Assembly (NCBI GenBank): GCA_032718475.1
Contig: JAUCBJ010007275.1
Span: 1-64,000, forward strand
Origin: Nemertoderma westbladi
Taxonomy: Eukaryota > Animalia > Xenacoelomorpha
Reading direction: 5' to 3'
Length of the DNA stretch: 64,000 nt
Each line of letters begins with the position of its first letter. Within the stretch, counting starts at the first letter, position 1. The translations under genes were made by a program, and so were the position numbers. Below the pieces are notes generated by a model that made no database searches, was not told where the DNA came from, and saw only the letters and a list, made by a program, of their open reading frames with translations. This document shows positions 23,674 to 32,804 of this stretch, one piece after another.

Positions 23674-25548
23674 ATGAGTCGAGAGAAAGGAACGACACCG
23701 CCGCGGACCCCGGACGACGATCTAACGATCCGCGAGGCCACGGCGAGACGATACGAACCCACGACGCCGATCGATGCTACGCCGACCACGTCGACGCAGG
23801 TTGACGCCACGTCGACAACGAGCAACCCGGCGAACCAAGATGTGGGGGGTCGTCTACAACCGGAGAGTGAGTCGAGGGAAGGAGACGAGAAGGGAGAAGA
23901 GAAAGACGAGTCGACGCGGAGCGAGGGTCGACATACCGATGTCACCGGCCAGCCACAGGCCGAGGACGACGAACGGTCCACCGGAACGGCGACGGTGGGG
24001 CCGTCGGTACGACGTCGGACCCGGAGAGATGGAAGAGAGGTCGGCGACGAGGACGTCGGGGTTTCTGATCGACTTCGACGGGCCTACCTCGCGACCCGGG
24101 AGCAACTGAGAGAGGCCAAAGGAGGGGCGAAGATAGACGAGGTGAGACTGAGGAGACGACTAGGTGAGTCGAACAGATACTTTGATCACCTAGTGCGTTC
24201 TGGGCAGGGAGAACTGGCCAGGGAGAGAGCGAGAGGGGTTGCCTTCGAACTGTTTTGGCTATGGCAACGTATGGGTATGGGGCTTGGTGTAGTGTACATA
24301 GGGCCATACTTAGTCGATGCCAGGGAATTTAGGTTAGTGGGTTGGAAGAGACCTGGGGAGGGCGAATCCGAGGTTAACTCCGAGGATTCGGTCTCGTCGG
24401 TCGGAGGAAGTTCCGGGAAGCGGGGGAAAGTTAGTAGGACGGAGGGGCGACGGGAGTCCGTCGCAACCGATAAGTCTGCTACATCCTCCGCAAAAGAAAG
24501 AAGGGTGCGAGAGAGTGAACGCGTGGCGTATAAATTAGAAAAGGCGGCGGCAGAGCGGAAACAGTTAGAGGGGCAATTGAGAGAGCAAACCGCATTATTA
24601 GAGTTGGTAAGGGAGGATAGAGAGAGGGCCGAGGAGCGTAGAGAGCGGGAGCATATCGCGATAATAACCGGGAGAATAGAGAGCGAGCCGGCAAAGCGGT
24701 CTGAGATGCTTGCGAGAGAGAGGGCCGAGCGAAGTTTACGAAAGTGCATAAAGAAAGAGATAGAGATAGAGCGTGAGCGGGATGATTTGTGTGCCCAGAT
24801 AGGGAGGCTTGCGCAATATCAAGCCAAACTTAAACGGCGCCGACTAGAACTGGCGCGGTTGGAAATGTCAGAGAGTGAGACCCCACTTACAGGCACCGGG
24901 CGAGAGAACCAGAACTGGTGTAGCCGTACGGGCGGGGGGGGTAGTAGTAGTACGTTAGAGACAGTTAATGTTAATAGTACCGTAGTAAATAACCCTAATC
25001 CCTTTATTACAGGAAATATTTTACCCGGTAGTAGTAATTTAAGTTTAAATTCAAATAATAATATTAATTCAAATATTCAGAATAATCAAAATAATTCAAA
25101 TAATTCGAATAGCAATTTAAATTTTGAAAATAATAACAACTCTAATTTAAATAATTTAAATAATAATCTCGTTTCAAATTCTAATAATTTAATTGATTTA
25201 ACAAATAATAATGGGAATGGTGCTATTAATATGAGCGTGTCGGACGTACATAACCCAGCAGACGGGGGCCTGGTAGGCCACGTACTTGGTAGGCAGGAGG
25301 TGGCAGGGTTGAGCCAACCCGACGGCGGCCTGGTAGGCCACGTAGTTAGTAGGCAGGAGGTAGCGGGGTTGAGCCAACCCGAAGTGGGCCTGATGGGCCA
25401 CGCAGTAGTAGAGAGAGAGGCGGGGGTGAATAGACCCAGCCGTAGTAGAGACAGTGCGTCGACTAGAGAGGGGTGTAGAGACGAAGTGAGAGATAATGAA
25501 GTTAGATGTGGCGGAGTGGGGGGGGGCTACGGGCGCCCCACCACATAA
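23674..25548 (+). CDS. Gag-like protein, N-terminal part (charged coiled coil, Asn-rich tract, internal repeats)
   Basis: 624-aa ATG ORF just downstream of the 5' LTR; it ends shortly after a poly-G run and probably continues into the next ORF. Confidence 0.7.
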   Translation: MSREKGTTPPRTPDDDLTIREATARRYEPTTPIDATPTTSTQVDATSTTSNPANQDVGGRLQPESESREGDEKGEEKDESTRSEGRHTDVTGQPQAEDDERSTGTATVGPSVRRRTRRDGREVGDEDVGVSDRLRRAYLATREQLREAKGGAKIDEVRLRRRLGESNRYFDHLVRSGQGELARERARGVAFELFWLWQRMGMGLGVVYIGPYLVDAREFRLVGWKRPGEGESEVNSEDSVSSVGGSSGKRGKVSRTEGRRESVATDKSATSSAKERRVRESERVAYKLEKAAAERKQLEGQLREQTALLELVREDRERAEERREREHIAIITGRIESEPAKRSEMLARERAERSLRKCIKKEIEIERERDDLCAQIGRLAQYQAKLKRRRLELARLEMSESETPLTGTGRENQNWCSRTGGGGSSSTLETVNVNSTVVNNPNPFITGNILPGSSNLSLNSNNNINSNIQNNQNNSNNSNSNLNFENNNNSNLNNLNNNLVSNSNNLIDLTNNNGNGAINMSVSDVHNPADGGLVGHVLGRQEVAGLSQPDGGLVGHVVSRQEVAGLSQPEVGLMGHAVVEREAGVNRPSRSRDSASTREGCRDEVRDNEVRCGGVGGGYGRPTT

Positions 25549-25636
25549 GATTAGTGGCGAGAGAGGGGGGGGCAGAGAATGCCCCACAAGAGGGGTGTAG
25601 AAGTGTAGTAAGAGGTAGTGAAGTTAGAAGTGGCGG

Positions 25637-27403
25637 GTGGGGGGGGGGGCTACGGGCACCCCACCGCGAGAGATTAGTAGAGAGAGAGGGGGGGCAGAGA
25701 GTGTCCCACAGCCGTCAGCGGATAATGCGAGGGCCGAGCTAGGTAAACCGCAACACCCGGCGACGGAGAGTAATAGGGGGATTGCGAGTATCCCCAGCGG
25801 CGTGCGATCGAGCAGAGAGAAGCAGGTTGACGTCGCGAGAGGGCAGGCGAAGCGTCGAGCCCGACCAGAAGAGAGAAGAAGAACAGTGGAGTTTAACCGG
25901 GAGGTCGACGAGAGATCTCACGAGCCGGAATACTACACAGAAAAGAGAAGAAGAGAAGATAGTAGAAGAAGTGTCGCCACGAACGATAGGAGTGCGAGGA
26001 CGGATAACGGACCGTCGATAGTAGAGATGGAGTCAGGGAGCCAGTGGGGTCGAACTTCGGGAGATTGCCGTCGCCCCGGAGAAACGCACCGCACGCCAGG
26101 AGAGGGGTACAGGACGTACAAATACGAAGACGAGAGCAGGATAGGGGATCGAAGGGAAACTTCCCGACGTGATATAGCTGCCGATCGAGAGTACGGTAGT
26201 CGCGGGGAGATTCGAGATTCGCGAAGAATAAACTTCGGTTCGGAAGGGCACATGCAGACTGCAGGACATACTGTAGGCCTTACTGCACATACTATTATAG
26301 GCCATGCTGGGAGAGATAGAGTATGCGATAGGGTAGCGCGAACGACGGGATTAAACCCGGAAGTCGCGGAGTACATACCGGTAGGTAGGCGAGAGGTAGG
26401 TAGGCCTATATCGGTACAGCAGCATGACTATAATACACAGGGACATAACATATATCCAGGGGAGGGGGGAGTTATTGGAGATAGACGTATGGGCCCCAAT
26501 GTATTAACATCAACCCCAGTACCAAACATACCGGCTGGGGGGGGACAGGGTGACATTCCCCCATCACAATATCGACAATGTACCCCGATAGGAGCAAGAA
26601 CATCGAACTCCCCGGACGAGAACAGGTCGTGCGGACAGTCACCACCACACGCGGCCATACAGGGGACTGCTAGTCCACAATTAGTTGGTAGCAGGACCAC
26701 ACCGTGGCAGGGACAGAAAGAAAATAACACCGTAAATAAACACAATCCCAATATACCCAGTAGGCCGAGTCTAGACAACCAAAACATTAAATCGGTACAT
26801 ATAAACCTAAGCGCGATACGTGAAGGACTATACAGGAAACGCTATAATCCAGGATTCCAATGTCAATTACATCGGGACGGAACCCATAAGACCAGGAGTT
26901 GCAAGTACTGGCAATCGTTGCCCAAACGAGATCGTGTAGCCTACACAGACGCAAACGGACTATGTCATCGATGTGTGGTAAAAGGACACAGATCCGGAGA
27001 GTGTTGGAAAGAGAGAGGATATGAAAGGACTAAACCAGGGGCAGAGAAGCCCATTAGCAAACATAAGGGAGTCGGGAAAGTAGAAGGAGGCGTGTTGCAT
27101 ACACACGCACGGCTGACACAGTGCGAGGGGGCATTGCACGGGCAGACACCGCGTATACCGAGGGACGAGCGGGGGTCGTCGAGGGCCTTAATGCCAGCGC
27201 ACATACGAAGGGGGAGGCCAGCAAAGGTGGCACCGAAGAGAGTGTGGCGAAGAGTTAGAGGACGTATAGGAGGGCAGCAGGAGAGTGCCTACCGGAAGAA
27301 GGGGCACGTGAGAGTTTTTAGTCGTCCAAAGTTTTGGACTGAGGGGGGTGGGAATGAGGGCGAGACGCCCTTCCCACGCACGAAATATAAAATAATTATT
27401 TAA
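25637..27403 (+). CDS. Gag-like protein, C-terminal part with BEL-type zinc knuckles
   Basis: CQLH-x4-H-x4-C...DR...LCHRC-x4-H-x4-C has the same architecture as the BEL gag at about 55968-56110; basic C-terminus. Confidence 0.75.
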   Translation: MGGGATGTPPREISRERGGAESVPQPSADNARAELGKPQHPATESNRGIASIPSGVRSSREKQVDVARGQAKRRARPEERRRTVEFNREVDERSHEPEYYTEKRRREDSRRSVATNDRSARTDNGPSIVEMESGSQWGRTSGDCRRPGETHRTPGEGYRTYKYEDESRIGDRRETSRRDIAADREYGSRGEIRDSRRINFGSEGHMQTAGHTVGLTAHTIIGHAGRDRVCDRVARTTGLNPEVAEYIPVGRREVGRPISVQQHDYNTQGHNIYPGEGGVIGDRRMGPNVLTSTPVPNIPAGGGQGDIPPSQYRQCTPIGARTSNSPDENRSCGQSPPHAAIQGTASPQLVGSRTTPWQGQKENNTVNKHNPNIPSRPSLDNQNIKSVHINLSAIREGLYRKRYNPGFQCQLHRDGTHKTRSCKYWQSLPKRDRVAYTDANGLCHRCVVKGHRSGECWKERGYERTKPGAEKPISKHKGVGKVEGGVLHTHARLTQCEGALHGQTPRIPRDERGSSRALMPAHIRRGRPAKVAPKRVWRRVRGRIGGQQESAYRKKGHVRVFSRPKFWTEGGGNEGETPFPRTKYKIII

Positions 27404-27439
27404 TTAAATAAAATAATTAAATAATAAAGTAGGTAGAAG

Positions 27440-28200
27440 TTAGGTAGTTAGGAGTTATTTAGGAGGTACGTAGTACCTAGGGTCAGAGTTAGTTAGTTAG
27501 TCAGTTAGCACTGATAGTTAGTGTTAGAGTAAGAGTTAGAGAGTCTCTCTACCGTTAGAGAGTAGGAGTTAAGGGGTACGTAGTACCGTTAGAGAGTTAG
27601 TAAGAGTTAGTAGGTACGTAGTACCTAGTTAGAGAGTCAGTAGGTACGTAGTACCTAGTTAGAGTTAGAGTTAGTAGGTACGTAGTACCGTTAGAGAGTT
27701 GGTAGGTACGTAGTACCTAGTTAGAGTTAGAGTTAGTAGGTACGTAGTACCTAGTTAGAGTTAGAGTTAGTAGGTACGTAGTACCTAGAGTTAGTTAGAG
27801 AGTCAGTAGGTACGTAGTACCTAGTTAGAGTTAGAGGGTACGTAGTACCTAGTTAGAGAGTTAGTAGGTACGTAGTACCTAGTTAGAGTTAGAGTTAGAG
27901 GGTACGTAGTACCTAGTTAGAGAGTTAGTAGGTACGTAGTACCTAGTTAGAGTTAGAGTTAGAAGGTACGTAGTACCTAGTTAGAGTTAGAGGGTACGTA
28001 GTACCGTTAGTTAGAGTTAGAGTTAGAGGGTACGTAAGTACCGCTAGTTAGTTAGAGTTAGAGGGTACGTAAGTACCGGTTAGAGAGTAAGAGTTAGAGG
28101 GTACGTAGTACCGTCAGTTAGTGGAGTTGGAGTAGTGAGAGGGTACGTAGTACCGCTAGTTAGAGTAAGAGTTAGAGGGTACGTAGTACCGTTAGTAGAG
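27440..28200 (+). repeat. Array of about 20 GGTAC-GTA-GTACC stem-loops in (GTTAGA)-like C-poor linkers
   Basis: Core GGTACGTAGTACC (often TAGGTACGTAGTACCTA) repeats mostly every ~28-42 bp. Confidence 0.9.
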
Positions 28201-28220
28201 AGTTAGCAGAGTAGAGTTAG

Positions 28221-28787
28221 TTTTTTTTCCTACACATCGTACGTTTATTTATATTTTCATATCAATAATACTGCTCTGCACATTGGACATAAGATAGATA
28301 AATTTACTAGGCCATCGAATTGTGTAGTACCCTCCACCAATAAAAAAAAGTAAGCCAGTCCCACATTCCCCTACGCCCGCACCTCCAGACCTTCGGCTAC
28401 CGCGCAGAGGATACCGGTTTCCCTCAGCGATTGTGTGGACCGCCGGGTCTTTGGTGTGCGGGCGCCCCTCAGACACATTAGAGCGGACCGCAGCAGGGCA
28501 AAGTTTAACTTCGTCCGCACGAGAGACACGGTCTGCGAATAGGGAGAATCCCGCTTGACTGAGAGGAGGAGCGATATTCGATTTATGAGCGCATGCGCGC
28601 TTCTGCTAGCGCCCCCTGTGGTAGCCATGATGAACGGGCAGAAACCTCCATGCTCGATCTCATTTATCCTCTCCTCGTATTTTCGTCGTTTCTCCCTCTC
28701 GTGCTTCTGATACGCGGACGAAATGGAACGGGGGTTAGAGGAGCACAGCGGGTTGAATATCTTTACGTCCACGTATACTTTCTTACT
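28221..28787 (-). mobile_element. 5'-truncated CRE-like (RLE endonuclease) non-LTR retrotransposon copy, antisense inside the LTR element
   Basis: Peptide VYVDVKIFNP...HEREKRRKY...EHGGFCPFIMATTGG...LNFALLRSALMCLRG matches the RLE C-terminus of CRE-like elements. 3' UTR with AATAAA (28244-28249), A8 tail (28221-28228), possible TSD TAGAGTTAG. Confidence 0.8.
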
Positions 28788-28804
28788 TAGAGTTAGTAGT
28801 AGAA

Positions 28805-29570
28805 TGGTTGTGGGCACCGTAAGCGCCACATAGAAAGTAGTAGCAGTAGAGGGTTGTGGGCACCGTAAGCGCCACGTAGTTAGAGTTAGTAGGGAATGCG
28901 CTGAACTTAGTGGGGCACGGGCGTGATGATGTGTGTGATGTAAGAGCAGGGTATGTTAATTAGAGTTAGTGGGAGTTAGAGGTTAGTAAGAGGGTACGTA
29001 GTAGTACCGGTTGTGGTTGTGGGCACCGTTAGCGCCACGTAGATAGAGGTAGAGTTAGTAAGAGGGTACGTAGTACCGGTTGTGGTTGTGGGCACCGTTA
29101 GCGCCACGTAGAGAGTTAGTAGAGTTAGAAGGTGCCGTGCACAAGAGGTGCCGGGCACAAAAAGAGTTAGTAGAGTTAGAAGAGAGTTAGTAGAGTTAGT
29201 AGAGTCAGTAGTAGTTCACATAATTAACGTACCCACTCTGCCGGCACTCAGAGCGTCACGTGTAGGCGATGAGACGTAAAGGGGGTGTAGAAGAGTAGAG
29301 ACGGGCACATAGGGTGCCAGGTAGTAGAGTTAGAGAGGTAGTAGAAGAGTAGAGAGGGCACATAGGGTGCCAGGTAGTAAAGTAGAGTAGAGGTAGCAGA
29401 GAGGGCACATAGGGTGCCAGAGAGTAGAATAGTAGAGACGGGCACATAGGGTGCCAGGTAGTAGAGTTAGAGTGTTAGAGGTAGTAGAGAGGGCACATAG
29501 GGTGCCAAGTAGTAGGGTTAGAGTGTTAGAGAGGTAGTTGAGTAGTAGAAGGGCACAAAGGGTGCCAGAT
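28805..29570 (+). repeat. Two further stem-loop families: GTGGGCACCGTWAGCGCCAC (x4) and GGCAC-ATAGG-GTGCC (x6)
   Basis: Family B at about 28810, 28856, 29019, 29088; family C at about 29303, 29356, 29403, 29440, 29491, 29550; linkers almost entirely A/G/T. Confidence 0.85.
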
Positions 29571-30233
29571 AGTAGAGTGGTTAGAAGAGTGGAGTAGAGT
29601 TAGTAGAGCTAGTTAGTAGAGTTAGCAGAGCTAGTGGAGTAGAGTTAGTAGAGCTAGTTAGCAGAGTTGGTAGACTCAGAGGAGTCAAGTAGAGTTAGTA
29701 GAAGTAGAAAGTTAGTAGAGAGTTAGAGTCAGTAGAAAGTTAGAGGCTCTCAGTTAGAGCTAGAAGTAGTAAGAGTTAGTAGTTAGCAGAGTTAGTTAGA
29801 TAGTTAGAGTTAGTAAGCAGTAGGTAGATAGTATGATAGCACAGGGGTAGCATTAGAGATTAAAGCCTTAGGGAGTGACAAGAGAGTGGAGAGAGTAATA
29901 GTGCGGAGTGCGAAGAGAGCGTGGGCGCAATTCAAGTGTGGGGGAGGAGAAGTGAGAGGAAGAGTGTGGGACGAGGAGGTCCGGGGGTATGCGAGAGTTG
30001 GAGTAGAATGGTGAGAGTGTTGGGGAAACAAAAATTGTGTGAGAGAAGCGCACGATCGGCCCGACACGAGACGCCAGAGGGTAGTGACATCATACCCATA
30101 GGGAGCGGCCTGGAAAGCCGACTCCGAAAAAATATACCCACCCCACACCCGATGCTAGATCGGGATCCAGCGGAATTGTAGCGCACTTGAGTTGGATGCT
30201 ATCTTCTTACCGGGAAGATAGCATGGGGGGGAG

Positions 30234-30786
30234 TGTTAGCTTATCCAATTCCGCTAACACAAACCCATAGAGTGAGCCATAAAGCAATATTGGGAGCACG
30301 AGGTTGATTACCAATCAACCTCGTGTCAGCCCAGTAAACGGGGACAATAGGCCCCAAAGGAGACACACACAATAAGGGTCAGGGGTTACTCCCCTGACAA
30401 GAGAGAGAACAGCAAGGGCGAAGGGAAGCACTTCAGAGGGGGGCAAAGGGTGCCAACAGGGGTATCAACCAATCAGAGGGGGGAAAGGCATCGATTGAGT
30501 AGCAATAAGGCCACCACCGTGCAATATAACCAGTTACCAGTAATCATACCGGTCAGTTATTCAGTTTACTCAGTCGGATCAGTAGGGTGGAACGGGGACT
30601 TCTGTCACCGTCCGCTACCGCCATTATATATTACCTATTGTGTCATACTATATTATATCAACTGTCAGACTATTATACCCTTATACATATTACCCAACAT
30701 CAGAACTCTTTTACCTTTCACACACGGCGGGGACGCGTGGGCAGAAAACCCAAACGGATAAACCGGGATCCGTAGATCCCGTCACA
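30234..30786 (+). repeat. 3' LTR (553 bp)
   Basis: Direct repeat of 22985-23537, preceded by the polypurine tract and followed by TSD GAGGA. Confidence 0.96.
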
Positions 30787-31414
30787 GAGGATAATTTTTC
30801 ACAAATTTTTTACAATTAATAATTTCTTTAATTTTTAAATATTTTTAATACTCCGCTTCAACAAAATTATATATTCACTTTTACACTACTTTTAATCTAA
30901 CTCTAAATCTGACTCAAACTAAATGTACCGATAATCTTCTATTTAATTAATTTAAGGTGCGTTTAATTTTAAGTTAAATTAGCACCTAAAGAGGGTTCTT
31001 ATTTAAGGATAAGGGCGCTTAATTTTAGCACTCATAATGTTTAAAAGTGAAAGAAAGGGCTGTTCTCCATTCAATTTGTTGTAGGATAGATGATATGACA
31101 ACCAAATGAAGAGAACGAGCGTAACGAGGCTTGTATATGGGGCGAGTACAGTACCATACCTGTGCACTGTATTCGTAATTTACTAAGTTTATTTTATACT
31201 GTAGTACATTGAATGAAATGTATATGATTTGAACAATTGTAAAATAAGTGCCTTTAATTAACAAAGTACAAGTATCTATGGCGCAAAACAAAATTATGTT
31301 AACATATTATACTAACAATAACAAAATAAGAACGAATTAATAAACAAATAACCAAATTAATATTAATTAAGTCCCCCAAACTGTTACCTGTGCTTATTTT
31401 CTTCCAATGGGTAA

Positions 31415-31609
31415 GGCCGCGTTCACACTACCGAGTCAAAGTCAAAATAAATTAAATATAGCTAGCTAGCTAGCAACAATAAATAATAATACATTATGTA
31501 GGTCTAAAATAATACATAAGTGCATTCTAGAACACATTATATTTCTTGTGATTATGTTTTACATTTTGTCTTTTGACTTTTACTTTGACTCGGTAGTGTG
31601 AACGCGGCC
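31415..31609. mobile_element. PIF/Harbinger-type MITE (195 bp)
   Basis: TIR GGCCGCGTTCACACTACCGAGTCAAA and TAA TSD; the empty site GGGTAAGGG is visible in the paralogous copy at about 93-101. Confidence 0.93.
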
Positions 31610-32804
31610 TAAGGGTTGACATGGGTTTGAATTACTGTAATTCAACCATATAAAAATAGTTATCAGTCCATATGTACCGGTTTGTGCTTTATGGGACTAA
31701 TCAAAATGTAAGCACAAAAATAAGCAAAGTCTCTGATCTCCGGCTCTGGTCTCCGGTATTTTTCAAAATAATTCTCCGGGTAGGGCTCTGGTTTACCGGG
31801 ATTAAGAAAAACAGGTCTCTGTTGCAACACTAAAATATATATTATATAGATATGAACGGGTTTTAGTAAATTTTGGAGACAAGGGGGTGGAGGGGACTGG
31901 ACGCAAATCCCACATCGGCGAATACATGTCACGCCTCAATGTGAAATTCTCAATTCAGGGAAAGGAGCAGGTTACAGTAACTATCAGCAGTTGTTTCGTA
32001 ATGATACAATAATTATAAAATTCATTATAGTATTATTAGTATAGTATTCTGGTATACTGTAGCTATATTTTCACTCAATCACTCGTTCTTCTGTGTAACA
32101 AACTATTCAGATCATCAAAATGTAAAGTTCGACTTTACAAGCCAGTATTATGTATTGTATGTTATGTTACGACGGGAATATGTATTTTATTAAAACTCAT
32201 ACAATCACTAAGTGATTGACAAGAATTCATAAAAATATTTACAAACAAAATATATGAAAATATAAATCTACCTCATCAAGGTGGCCACTTTAGTTAGTTT
32301 CAATTTTCCCCAACTTTGAAAAATTACCCTGACTGCAGTTACGCCACATTTTTTATAAAATATAATATATTGTCCGCTTTATTATATTTCAAACAAAGTT
32401 ACGAGTTAAGCGATTAGAGTGCACCTAGATAGACGAGGAAATGGAATGGCTAGCGAAGCGAGCAGATAAATTTTACACATTTTCGTTTATGAATCACGTC
32501 CTGTGCTGTATATTCCCCTCCTGATTTGTCCATTTTTTACAAGAATTCCCTGACATTTCAAGAAAAATTAAATTCCATGACTAGTCCAGGTGAGTGTCAA
32601 CCCTGCTTATAAAGAAAAGCAACATTTTATAATTATCATGATGAATAATTTGGCATTTTTTTAGCCTCATGATATTTGCTAATATTTTACAGCTTTTGTC
32701 ACAGAGAATACGCGATTTGAAAACATAAACAAAATAATTATCGTAAATAAGAATAATTAAATATATAGTATTTTATGAATTGAATATTATAATAATGTAC
32801 ATTT

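Larger units (their letters stand above)
22985..30786 (+). mobile_element. Non-autonomous BEL/Pao-derived LTR retroelement (7.8 kb, gag-like ORF only, no pol)
   Basis: Two 553-bp TG...CA LTRs, 5-bp TSD GAGGA, PPT (GGGGGGGAG) before the 3' LTR, and a BEL-type zinc-knuckle pair. No PR/RT/RH/IN motifs seen. Confidence 0.92.
22796..31832. mobile_element. Non-autonomous hAT element (about 1 kb when empty) hosting the LTR element and a Harbinger MITE
   Basis: Imperfect TIR TAGAGTTGAAACAGAGAC / GTCTCTGTTGCAACACTA and 8-bp TSD AAATATAT (22788-22795, 31833-31840). Confidence 0.85.

Noticed and set aside
27440-28200. CRISPR-like palindromic repeat-spacer array
   Set aside because: Linkers are low-complexity variants of one motif rather than unique spacers; eukaryotic LTR context with no cas genes.
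27480-29820. Interstitial telomere (TTAGAG repeats)
   Set aside because: Not a regular TTAGGG-type array; degenerate, interleaved with hairpins and internal to an LTR element.
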